Source of the DNA: Candidatus Foliamicus sp.
GTDB lineage: Bacteria > Pseudomonadota > Gammaproteobacteria > Steroidobacterales > Foliamicaceae
Assembly (NCBI GenBank): GCA_965206955.1
Contig: OZ242252.1
Location: forward strand, 3,187,394 to 3,251,393
DNA: 64,000 bases
Reading direction: 5' to 3'
Shown here: one piece after another, positions 8,923 through 17,015 of the stretch
Numbering within the stretch: the stretch's first letter is position 1
How the letters are laid out: the number at the start of each line of letters is the position of its first letter
Notes under the pieces: generated by a model
Databases searched by the model: none
What the model saw: the letters and a program-made list of their open reading frames with translations, nothing else
Told to the model about the DNA's origin: nothing
Made by a program: the position numbers and the translations under genes

Positions 8923-9890
8923 GCAGGCAAACTGCTTTCCTGCTGGCGGTAGGGCTCGCGCGCAGTCAGACCCAGGAGATCAAGCAACCCCTGGTCGTCG
9001 TCAAACGATGGATTGGGCGTGGTGAGCAACTTATCACCGGTGAAGATGGAGTTCGCGCCTGCGAGGAAACACAGGGCCTGCTGCTCGGCGCTCATGTTCG
9101 ACCGCCCGGCGGACAGGCGCACCATGGCCTTGGGCATGAGGATGCGGGCGGAGGCGATCATCCGCACCATTTCCCAGGTGGACACGCGCGGACATTCCTC
9201 AAGCGGTGTCCCCGGCACCGGTACCAGGGCGTTGACCGGAACCGATTCCGGCGGGCTGGCCAGGGTCGCCAGGGTGTGCAGCAAATCAATGCGCTGATCC
9301 ACTGTCTCGCCCATGCCGATAATCCCGCCACAGCACACCGACAAGCCTGCTTTGTGCACGTTGGCCAGGGTCTTCAGTCTATCGTCGTAGGTGCGGGTGC
9401 CAATGATTTCCGGATAAAACTCGCGGCTTGAATCGAGATTGTGGTTGTAGGCGTAGAGTCCCGCCTCCTTGAGGCGCTCGGCCTGGGACTCGCTGACCAT
9501 GCCCAGCGTGCAGCACACCTCCAACCCCAGGTCGCGCACCCCGGACACCATTTCCAGCACCTGGTCGAAGTGCCGGTTGTCGCGCACTTCGCGCCAGGCC
9601 GCGCCCATGCAAAAACGGGTGCTCCCGGCGTCCTTGGCTTCGCGCGCGGCATCCAGCACGGCTTCCAGGTTCATAAGTCCGTGCCGGTCAATATCGGTGT
9701 GATAACGCGCTGCCTGCGGGCAATAGGCGCAATCTTCCGGGCAGCCGCCGGTCTTGACCGACAGCAGGGTGCACAACTGCACTTCGCCGGAGGTGTGGTG
9801 CTCTCGATGCACCGATGCGGCGCGATAGACCAGATCCAGCAGCGGCGAATGGTAGATTGCCGCCACATCCGCCCTAGAAAAACCAGGCAT
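8919..9890 (-). CDS. bioB: Biotin synthase
   Basis: Radical SAM CPEDCAYCPQ motif plus GGIIGMGE and YNHNLD. Confidence 0.95.
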   Translation of the reverse strand: MPGFSRADVAAIYHSPLLDLVYRAASVHREHHTSGEVQLCTLLSVKTGGCPEDCAYCPQAARYHTDIDRHGLMNLEAVLDAAREAKDAGSTRFCMGAAWREVRDNRHFDQVLEMVSGVRDLGLEVCCTLGMVSESQAERLKEAGLYAYNHNLDSSREFYPEIIGTRTYDDRLKTLANVHKAGLSVCCGGIIGMGETVDQRIDLLHTLATLASPPESVPVNALVPVPGTPLEECPRVSTWEMVRMIASARILMPKAMVRLSAGRSNMSAEQQALCFLAGANSIFTGDKLLTTPNPSFDDDQGLLDLLGLTAREPYRQQESSLPA

Positions 9891-9904
9891 ATTCAGCTCT
9901 CTTG

Positions 9905-11458
9905 CTATGTGGCACGCCGCCCCAGCACCGATGGCGCCAGCAACTCATCGTATCGTTGCCGCCCATGCATGGCGCTGGGACTGCGATCAGCCAGCGATAC
10001 TACAATGATTACCATCGCCGCTAAGGGTATCGAGAACAATCCCGGATAGATCCATGGGAACGGCGCATCCGACAGGCCCATCGCCCCCTCCCACACGGCC
10101 GGACTCAGGATCAGCAATACCACCGAAACGATCAGGCCGACCCAGCCCCCGACAAGCAGGCCGCGCGCACTTGCGCCGCGCCAGAAGAGTGCGGCAATCA
10201 GCGCCGGAGTATTTACGCTCGCGGCGACCGTAAACCCCAGCGCGGTGAGATAGGCCACGTTCTGACTCTTGAAAAGAACACCCAATGCTACGGCGACCGC
10301 CCCCAGGATCACGACGCTGATCCGCGACGCCCGCACCTCGGTTCTATCATTAACCTGACCATGCTTGAGCACGCCGCAATAGAGGTCATGCGCCAGCGCC
10401 GCGGCGCCGGCCAGCACCAGGCCGCACACCACCGCCAGGAGTGTGGCGAACGCCACTGAGGCCATGAACCCCAGCAGCACGTTGCCACCGACTATTTGCG
10501 CCGCGTGCATGATGGCCATATTGGTACTGCCGATCATGACGCCCTGGTCGTCCAGAACTTCCTGGTTTCCCGCCAGCAGGACCACGATGGCCAGGCCGGC
10601 AATCCACAGCAGCAGCGAGAAGGACACGATGTAGCCGGTGGCGAACACCGCGGAACGCCGCGCCTGCCTGGCGTCAGGCACCGTGAAGAAGCGCATCAGC
10701 AAGTGCGGCAACCCCACCATGCCGACCAGTCCCGTCATTACGAACGCAATAATGGATATCTTGTCCGGCAGGAATACTCCGGGGCTCAGCCATTCCGCGC
10801 CGCGCTGATGAACACGTGCGGCCGATTCAAGCAAAGACAGGGGGCCCTCGCCAAGGTTGACGAACAGCAAGGCCAGAAGAACCAGAACCGAGAACATCAG
10901 CAACACGGCCTTGGTCATTTGCACCCAGGTCGTGGCCAGCATGCCGCCCACACTCACATACAGCACGGTCAGGCCGCCCACGAGGGCGACCGCAAGAGGG
11001 TACGGAATGCCGAACAGCACTTCAAACAACGCGCCACCGGCCACCATCTGCGAAATCAGGTAAAGCACTGCGACAACCAGCGTGCCGGTTGCCGCCAGCA
11101 CCCGGATCGAGGGTTCGCGAAAGCGTGCCGAGAGCACGTCCACGAAGGTATAGCGCCCAAGGTTGCGCAGGCGCTCCGCAAGCAGGCACATCAGGAGCGG
11201 ATATCCCACCGCGCCGCCGGTCATGTAGATCAAGCCGTCATAGCCCTGGGTATAAATGATGGCGGTCACTCCCAGCAGCGTGCCGGCCGAGAGATGATCG
11301 CCGGCGATCGCCAGACCGTTGCTGAACCCGCCCACCGAGTGCGAGGCGGCGAAAAACTCCGAGGATGATCGGGTTCGCCGTCCCGCCTTCCAGGTTATGA
11401 AAAGCGACATCCCCAGGATCAGGGCGAAGGTAAGAATGGAGGTCAGGTTCGGCGCCAT
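9905..11458 (-). CDS. actP: Sodium:solute symporter family, cation/acetate symporter-like
   Basis: 517 aa, polytopic. SSS family N-terminal pattern (FFAASHSVGGFSNGLAIAGDHLSAGTLLG). Preceded by a DUF485 gene, as in yjcH-actP. Confidence 0.8.
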   Translation of the reverse strand: MAPNLTSILTFALILGMSLFITWKAGRRTRSSSEFFAASHSVGGFSNGLAIAGDHLSAGTLLGVTAIIYTQGYDGLIYMTGGAVGYPLLMCLLAERLRNLGRYTFVDVLSARFREPSIRVLAATGTLVVAVLYLISQMVAGGALFEVLFGIPYPLAVALVGGLTVLYVSVGGMLATTWVQMTKAVLLMFSVLVLLALLFVNLGEGPLSLLESAARVHQRGAEWLSPGVFLPDKISIIAFVMTGLVGMVGLPHLLMRFFTVPDARQARRSAVFATGYIVSFSLLLWIAGLAIVVLLAGNQEVLDDQGVMIGSTNMAIMHAAQIVGGNVLLGFMASVAFATLLAVVCGLVLAGAAALAHDLYCGVLKHGQVNDRTEVRASRISVVILGAVAVALGVLFKSQNVAYLTALGFTVAASVNTPALIAALFWRGASARGLLVGGWVGLIVSVVLLILSPAVWEGAMGLSDAPFPWIYPGLFSIPLAAMVIIVVSLADRSPSAMHGRQRYDELLAPSVLGRRAT

Positions 11459-11808
11459 CAGGTCGTCCCGGCGGCGCCCGATGAGTCAATGTCCGAATCG
11501 GCGGCCGGCGGCCGGTTCCAGCCATGCCGCTCTCTCACCGCGGCGCGCAACGGCGTTAACCGGCGGCTGCTGAGCACAGCGTAGGTGGCGGTCGCGGCAA
11601 ACCAGTACAGCAGGCCCAGCACATTCCAGACCAGGCCGACCGTGATCCAGCGTCCCGGCACAAGGCGGATATCCAGCACTTGGGGCCAGAACGCCATCGC
11701 CAGGCCCAGGCTGCAATAAAACCCGATCACGGATCCCGCGATGATAAAAGCGTAGCGCCGCTGAAGCCGGCGCAGCCGAATGAAATCCGGGTCCTCGCGC
11801 AGCCTCAT
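11458..11808 (-). CDS. DUF485 membrane protein (YjcH-like)
   Basis: Two TM segments and FIRLRRLQRRYAFIIAG. 1-nt overlap with the symporter. Confidence 0.75.
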   Translation of the reverse strand: MRLREDPDFIRLRRLQRRYAFIIAGSVIGFYCSLGLAMAFWPQVLDIRLVPGRWITVGLVWNVLGLLYWFAATATYAVLSSRRLTPLRAAVRERHGWNRPPAADSDIDSSGAAGTT

Positions 11809-11852
11809 CTAAGTATTCGCAACGGACTCGTCAGGCTAGCGCGCGAGACAAT

Positions 11853-11932
11853 GGGAACGAGGGCTTCCAGCCCTCGACGAGGACTGGAAGTCCTCGCTCC
11901 CAGCGTCGAGGGCTGGAAGCCCTCGTTCCCAG
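11853..11932. repeat. REP-like nested palindrome (family copy 2, three hairpins)
   Basis: gggaacgagggcttccagccctcgacgaggactggaagtcctcgctcccagcgtcgagggctggaagccctcgttccc. The middle hairpin shows a compensatory GAGGAC/GTCCTC variant. Confidence 0.85.
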
Positions 11933-11962
11933 GCAGGCTCGCAGGCTCTTCAATGTCGGCGC

Positions 11963-12414
11963 TCAAGCGCCCTGAAGGATGCAATACAGCACTATGAGAT
12001 GGCCGTCGTGGTCCAGCATGCCGATCTCGCGGCCCAACCGTCCGTCATGCGTACGTAGCGTTTCTTCCGGGAAGATCTGCAGGCCTTCGCCCTCGGCAGC
12101 TTGGAGAACGGCGTCGAAGTCGTCCACTTCCAACACCAGGGCGTGACTGCTTGGCAACCCAGGCTCGGGCAGATTGATACCTTTACCTCGGTTAGCGCAA
12201 GACTGCGCTCATGGCCGCTCGAACTGAGTGCTGCGAAGCGAGTCTTGGCCTCGCGCGGGATCTGAAACACCGTGTAGGAGTACGCCTGCGGGCGATCGCC
12301 GAGAATGAAATCCACCCGAAAACCCAGGATATCCTGGTACACACGAAACGCCCGGTCCAGATCCGAGACGACGAGATTGGTGCGCTGCATGCGCACCGGC
12401 AGTTCACCGGCCAT
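11963..12414 (-). pseudogene. VOC/glyoxalase family protein with an apparent 1-nt frameshift
   Basis: The N-terminal half (MQRTNLVVSDLDRAFRVYQDILGFRV...) in ORF 11992-12414 continues as the C-terminal half (LPSSHALVLEVDDFDAVLQAAEGEGLQIF...HLIVLY) in ORF 11963-12157. The frame switches near 12160-12185. Confidence 0.55.
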
Positions 12415-12417
12415 GCA

Positions 12418-13917
12418 TCAATTCCCCATCTTGGGCAAAGGAAAGTCGGTCAGCGGAATGCTCACCGTCTTCGTTTCGGTGAAAAAGTCCAGGCTCCCCT
12501 TGGCGCCGTCGCGGCCGATGCCGGACTGCTTGTAACCGCCAAAAGGCGCCCGCAGCTCTCTGAATATGGGCGTATTCACCCAGATTGTTCCAGCGCGCAA
12601 CTCCCGCGTGGCGCGCATGGTTACGTCCAAGTCTTGAGACCAAAGGTACGCCACCAGGCCGAATTGCGAGTCGTTGGCGATCCGCAAGGCCTCATCGAGT
12701 TCGTCAAATACCAGGAAAGTGGCGAAAGGCCCGAAAATTTCCTCCTGGCAAATACGCGCGGAATTATCGCTGGCCAACACCGCGGTAGGCTCCACAAACC
12801 AGCCTTGTTCCATACCTTCGGGCCGGCCGCCGCCCAGCAGGATTTTGGCGCCTTCCTCACGCGCCAGGTCGGCGTAGGAAAGCACCCGGTTCATATGGCT
12901 CTCGTAGCACAAAGGGCCGATCTCCGTATCCGGACTTAACGGGTCCCCTATCCGCAGACTCTTGGCGCGCTCGACGAAGCGCTCGATGAATTCATCGGCA
13001 ATCGAGCGTTGCACCAGGATGCGCGAACCCGCCAGGCACTGCTGACCGTTACTGGAGAAGATACCGACCATCGCTCCGTCCAGTGCCCGATCGAGGTCGG
13101 CGCTCTCGTGCACGATGTTGGCGGACTTGCCGCCGAGTTCCAGCAGCACGGGCTTGAGCGACTTGCCGGCCTCGGACATGATGATCTTGCCGGTCTCCGA
13201 ACCGCCCGTGAAACCCACCATGTCCACTTCCGGGTGAGTAACCAGCGCCGTCCCCGTGACCGGTCCGCGTCCATTGACGAGGTTGACGACGCCCGGCGGC
13301 AGGCCGGCCTCGTGAAAAATCTCCACCATGCGCTGCACGGAGTGAGGCGTGTATTCCGACGGTTTGAGCACGCAGGTGTTGCCGAACGCGATGCAGGTCG
13401 CCACCCGCATGGAGGCCAGCGGGATCGGCGCATTCCAGGGGGCCATCATGGCGCCCACGCCTACCGGCTCGCGGGTCACGTAGGTCAGGAAGTTCGGGTT
13501 CTGGGTATAGACCTCGCCGGATTCCTGGCTCAAGACCTCGCCGAAGAACTCGAAATTGTAGGCGGCGCGCGCCACGTGCATCGCACGCACCTGGCTGATC
13601 GGCACGCCGGTATTGAGGCTGTCCAAGAACTCCAGTTCCTCGCGGTGCTGAAGCAGCGCCGCGTGCATGGAGCGGAAAATCGCCTTGCGTTCCTCGGCGC
13701 CCATTCGCGGCCATGGGCCGGTCTCGAAGGCATTTCGCGCCGAACGCACGGCAGCGTCGACTTCGTCGGCGTCAGCCTCCCGCAAGACTCCGTTGGGTTC
13801 CTCGCTGGCCGGATTGATGATTGGAAAGTCCACGCCGCGCCGCGAAACGCCGGTGTTCTCGCCGTCGATGATGCTGGTAACGCGCTCGCGTACCGCGAAA
13901 TCAGTATCCACGTTCAT
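12418..13917 (-). CDS. NAD(P)-dependent aldehyde dehydrogenase
   Basis: Catalytic motifs LELGGKSA and FSSNGQQCLAGSR. The ATG at 13917 gives 499 aa; the 550-aa track ORF has an Arg-rich, implausible N-terminus. Confidence 0.9.
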   Translation of the reverse strand: MNVDTDFAVRERVTSIIDGENTGVSRRGVDFPIINPASEEPNGVLREADADEVDAAVRSARNAFETGPWPRMGAEERKAIFRSMHAALLQHREELEFLDSLNTGVPISQVRAMHVARAAYNFEFFGEVLSQESGEVYTQNPNFLTYVTREPVGVGAMMAPWNAPIPLASMRVATCIAFGNTCVLKPSEYTPHSVQRMVEIFHEAGLPPGVVNLVNGRGPVTGTALVTHPEVDMVGFTGGSETGKIIMSEAGKSLKPVLLELGGKSANIVHESADLDRALDGAMVGIFSSNGQQCLAGSRILVQRSIADEFIERFVERAKSLRIGDPLSPDTEIGPLCYESHMNRVLSYADLAREEGAKILLGGGRPEGMEQGWFVEPTAVLASDNSARICQEEIFGPFATFLVFDELDEALRIANDSQFGLVAYLWSQDLDVTMRATRELRAGTIWVNTPIFRELRAPFGGYKQSGIGRDGAKGSLDFFTETKTVSIPLTDFPLPKMGN

Positions 13918-14109
13918 GGGCGGCGAGCATAAAGAATCCACGCCGGCTAAGCAAACCTGGCGGCGTGATCGCCAGCGACGGTTCAAGGCAGCTCTGCGCG
14001 AGCCTCGGCGAGCCCCGCAGGCGGGGCGACAAAGCGCCGACATCCTCGCGTGTTGCCGCGAGACCGGCAACCGGTTGTTGCCGGTGGGCTTCGCGCAGAA
14101 CCCGGGGCG

Positions 14110-14604
14110 CTAGTACTTGATCATGGAGAAAATTATCGAAGGAACCAGCGGCTCGCCTTCGGGCTGAATCGCTTCAATGCACAGTTCCGCCTCAGGATTG
14201 TTGGCTGACATCATGACCTCGAGCTCGTTACCTTCCTCAAGGGGAACTATTCCTTGCGAAATAATGACGTCCTTGGCCTTGCTGCCGGCGTCCTGACACA
14301 ACTGCACGTTGGAATTCGCCACGTCGCTCCCGTTCACCCGCAGCCACAGGTCAAAGCAGCCCATAGGGCCGTCGCCTTCACGGCCTACCTGCGGCGCAGC
14401 GATGATCAGGTAGGTACCGGACTCATTGACGGTGATCTTGTTGTTCTCAAGGGTAGTACCCTCGGCGCCGTCCACTACGTCAATTTCCACTACCGTGGGC
14501 TCTGGGCCCGGGCATTGCGTAATGGTTGAAGACGCCTGCAGGAAGTCGCCCGCGTTTGCGATGCCTGCGCACAGCAGCAGCGCAGCTGAGATGGTTCTAT
14601 TCAT
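14110..14604 (-). CDS. Secreted hypothetical protein with a C1q/TNF-like jelly-roll pattern
   Basis: GGAGG RBS before the ATG at 14604. Signal peptide MNRTISAALLLCAGIANA. ITVNESGTYLI / LWLRVNGSDV / IVPLEEGNELEV / SIIFSMIKY resembles C1q-domain blocks. Confidence 0.6.
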   Translation of the reverse strand: MNRTISAALLLCAGIANAGDFLQASSTITQCPGPEPTVVEIDVVDGAEGTTLENNKITVNESGTYLIIAAPQVGREGDGPMGCFDLWLRVNGSDVANSNVQLCQDAGSKAKDVIISQGIVPLEEGNELEVMMSANNPEAELCIEAIQPEGEPLVPSIIFSMIKY

Positions 14605-14723
14605 TTTCTTGTCCTCCCCGACGGAAATACGACGGGCCATCGAACAAGCTACCGGCAGTTATCGCTAACTCCCGGTCACATCCCGAAATGGGATTCGACA
14701 TATAACCCCCGCCTATGCAGGCT

Positions 14724-15545
14724 TTATCCTATACCCTGGCCGGGCCGGATGCCGGGCGAGCGTCCCTGGAGTAAACGGCGCACCACGCACTCCCAGAGTT
14801 CGCGCAGGCATACATACGCCTCCACCAGGCGCTCAAGCGCCCGGCGATCCGTGACCCGAACTCCGCCTCTCGCTGCCGCAAGCAACACCCCCGCCTGGCG
14901 CTCGTCCAGGCAGTGATGGCCGATCACCACAGCAAGATCGAAGAGCGGATCGCAGGGAGCGGCAAACTCCCAGTCGATCAGACGCAGCGTTGGACCCCGC
15001 AACACGTTCTGCGCCACCGGATCGTTGTGACATAACACCACGGGCCGCTCACCAGGGCGGGAGGCATGCCAGGCGCGGGCTCCGGAGCGGGCCAGCCGCC
15101 GCGCGAACGCACCGCCCACAGTTTCCGCGTAGCGAGCCATCGCCAGCCCCATGTCAAGCTCAGGCTGCCCGGGCGGTGGTGCGACCCTTTCGTGCAAGCG
15201 CCCCAACAAGAGGCCCAGCACACGCAGCAGGTACGGATTTCGCAACATGACGGGCGAGCAGGCGCGGCCCGCAAGCCAGCGGGTAACCAGAACGCCTTTC
15301 TTCGTATCGGCCAGGACAACTTCCGGCCCAATCTCCTTGCCGTGAATCGCGCGGAGCACGGCCAATTCCGAGCCACGGTCCAACCCGAGCCGAGACACCG
15401 CGGACGTGTCAAGGCGAATCACCAGGCGCTCCCCTCCGCGCGCCACCAGCCAGGATTGGTTCCACCCGCCTCCGCCGGCCAGGCGACGGATAAGCTGCGC
15501 GTTCCGAAAATCAGGATAGGCGGCTAGAAATTCGGTGAAACTCAC
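14724..15545 (-). CDS. APH/choline-kinase family phosphotransferase, thiamine-kinase-like
   Basis: LCHNDPVAQNVL and LIDWEFA kinase motifs. The GTG start at 15545 overlaps the pnuC-family stop (GTGA). Operon context is thiamine uptake genes. Confidence 0.7.
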   Translation of the reverse strand: MSFTEFLAAYPDFRNAQLIRRLAGGGGWNQSWLVARGGERLVIRLDTSAVSRLGLDRGSELAVLRAIHGKEIGPEVVLADTKKGVLVTRWLAGRACSPVMLRNPYLLRVLGLLLGRLHERVAPPPGQPELDMGLAMARYAETVGGAFARRLARSGARAWHASRPGERPVVLCHNDPVAQNVLRGPTLRLIDWEFAAPCDPLFDLAVVIGHHCLDERQAGVLLAAARGGVRVTDRRALERLVEAYVCLRELWECVVRRLLQGRSPGIRPGQGIG

Positions 15546-16111
15546 GCCAGAAGGTCGCGCCTCCAGGCGCGGTATCCCACCCACGCCAGGGCCAGGTACA
15601 AGGTGTACAGGACGGCGGTGAAATACAGGCTTCTTTCCAGGTACAAGGCCAGGTAAGTTGCGTCCAGAACGATCCACCAAATCCAGTTCTCGATGTACTT
15701 CCGCGCTTGCATATAGGTGGCCAACGGCGCCCCGATTGCCGTAAGCACGTCGATAAACAGCAGCGGTGAGGAACTGTACTGCGCTACGAAAAGGGTGACG
15801 GGTATTGATAACGCCAGCATTGCGGCCCCTGCAATCAGGTTGTTGCGCCAGCCCCAGTATCCCAGCTTCGCGGGATTTCTTGCGCCCCTGCGCCACTTGC
15901 GGTAGCCGTAGGCGGCCATGACCATGTAGAAGATCTGCAGCCAGGGCTGGAATACCAGTCCGGCGTCGAGAAAAACCACCACGAACAAGCCCGAGGCCAC
16001 GTACGAGGCCACCCAGCAGCCGATATTGCGGCGTATGGCCAGCAGCACGTAGACAAGGCCCAGCACGACCGCCAGGATCTCCAAGACCGTCATCAGGCCC
16101 AAGTCAGTCAT
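15542..16111 (-). CDS. PnuC-family transporter (PnuT-like, probable thiamine/nicotinamide riboside uptake)
   Basis: From the ATG at 16111: MTDLGLMTVLEILAVVLGLVYVLLAIRRNIGCW...YGYRKW...W..Y..W, the PnuC pattern. The upstream 168 codons of the track ORF are repeat-array read-through. Confidence 0.85.
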   Translation of the reverse strand: MTDLGLMTVLEILAVVLGLVYVLLAIRRNIGCWVASYVASGLFVVVFLDAGLVFQPWLQIFYMVMAAYGYRKWRRGARNPAKLGYWGWRNNLIAGAAMLALSIPVTLFVAQYSSSPLLFIDVLTAIGAPLATYMQARKYIENWIWWIVLDATYLALYLERSLYFTAVLYTLYLALAWVGYRAWRRDLLA

Positions 16112-16127
16112 GCACTGCAGGAAGAGT

Positions 16128-16710
16128 GCTGGGAACGAGGGCTTCCAGCCCTCGACGGAGGGGAGGATGCCCTCCCTCCCAGGGAGGATGTCCCTGCAAG
16201 CCGCTGGGAACGAGGGCTTCCAGCCCTCGACGGAGGGCAAGATGCCCTCCCTCCCAGGGAGGATGTCCCTGCAAGCCGCTGGGAACGAGGGCTTCCAGCC
16301 CTCGACGGAGGGCAGGATGCCCTCCCTCCCAGGGAGGATGCCCCTGCAAGCCGCTGGGAACGAGGGCTTCCAGCCCTCGACGGAGGGCAGGATGCCCTCC
16401 CTCCCAGGGAGGATGTCCCTGCAAGCCGCTGGGAACGAGGGCTTCCAGCCCTCGGCGGAGGGCAGGATGCCCTCCCTCCCAGGGAGGATGTCCCTGCAAG
16501 CCGCTGGGAACGAGGGCTTCCAGCCCTCGGCGGAGGGCAGGATGCCCTCCCTCCCAGGGAGGATGTCCCTGCAAGCCGCTGGGAACGAGGGCTTCCAGCC
16601 CTCGACGGAGGGCAAGATGCCCTCCCTCCCAGGGAGGATGCCCCTGCAAGCCGCTGGGAACGAGGGCTTCCAGCCCTCGACGGAGGGCAGGATGCCCTCC
16701 CTCCCGGCGT
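16128..16710. repeat. Tandem array: 8 copies of a 75-bp REP-derived unit
   Basis: Unit starts at 16128, 16203, 16278, 16353, 16428, 16503, 16578 and 16653 (gctgggaacgagggcttccagccctcgacggagggcaggatgccctccctcccagggaggatgtccctgcaagcc). Only about 3 variable positions per unit. Confidence 0.95.
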
Positions 16711-16735
16711 TGTCCCACGCAGGCGAGGTCCGCGG

Positions 16736-17005
16736 TCACAACCGCGGGAGCGAATTGATCGGCAGGTCCGCGTTCAGGTACTTGGCAACCAGCACTACGC
16801 GGTCGCCCGCCTCCATCACCGCCTTCATGCAAATGTTTACCGCCTGTTGCACGTCTTTCATTTCCCCGCGCAGTTGCGTACTCATCTGGTTCGTCAGCAC
16901 CTCGATGCCCGGCTGGCGACTCAAGTCGCGAATGAATTCCGTGATGCGGGCCACCGGCTCTTCGCTGGCCAGCGGATAAAGGCTGAGTTCGGCGGTTATG
17001 CGCAT
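16736..17005 (-). CDS. MTH1187/YkoF-family thiamine-binding protein
   Basis: 89 aa: MRITAELSLYPLASEEPVARITEFIRDL...MSTQLRGEMKDVQQAV...AGDRVVLVAKY matches the DUF77/YkoF pattern. The track ORF is N-terminally over-extended. Confidence 0.75.
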   Translation of the reverse strand: MRITAELSLYPLASEEPVARITEFIRDLSRQPGIEVLTNQMSTQLRGEMKDVQQAVNICMKAVMEAGDRVVLVAKYLNADLPINSLPRL

Positions 17006-17015
17006 GTACAAGTCC

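Noticed and set aside
15542-16979. Long ORFs running through the 75-bp array: 15542-16615 N-terminal extension of the PnuC-family gene, 16104-16832 (-), 16110-16979 (+) and 16126-16758 (+).
   Set aside because: All are products of a stop-free repeat whose period is a multiple of 3, and four frames are open at once. The same motif occurs in both orientations in non-coding DNA elsewhere. The transporter has its own ATG (16111) where family similarity begins. The ORFs are treated as non-coding, although translation of the repeat cannot be excluded without proteomics.
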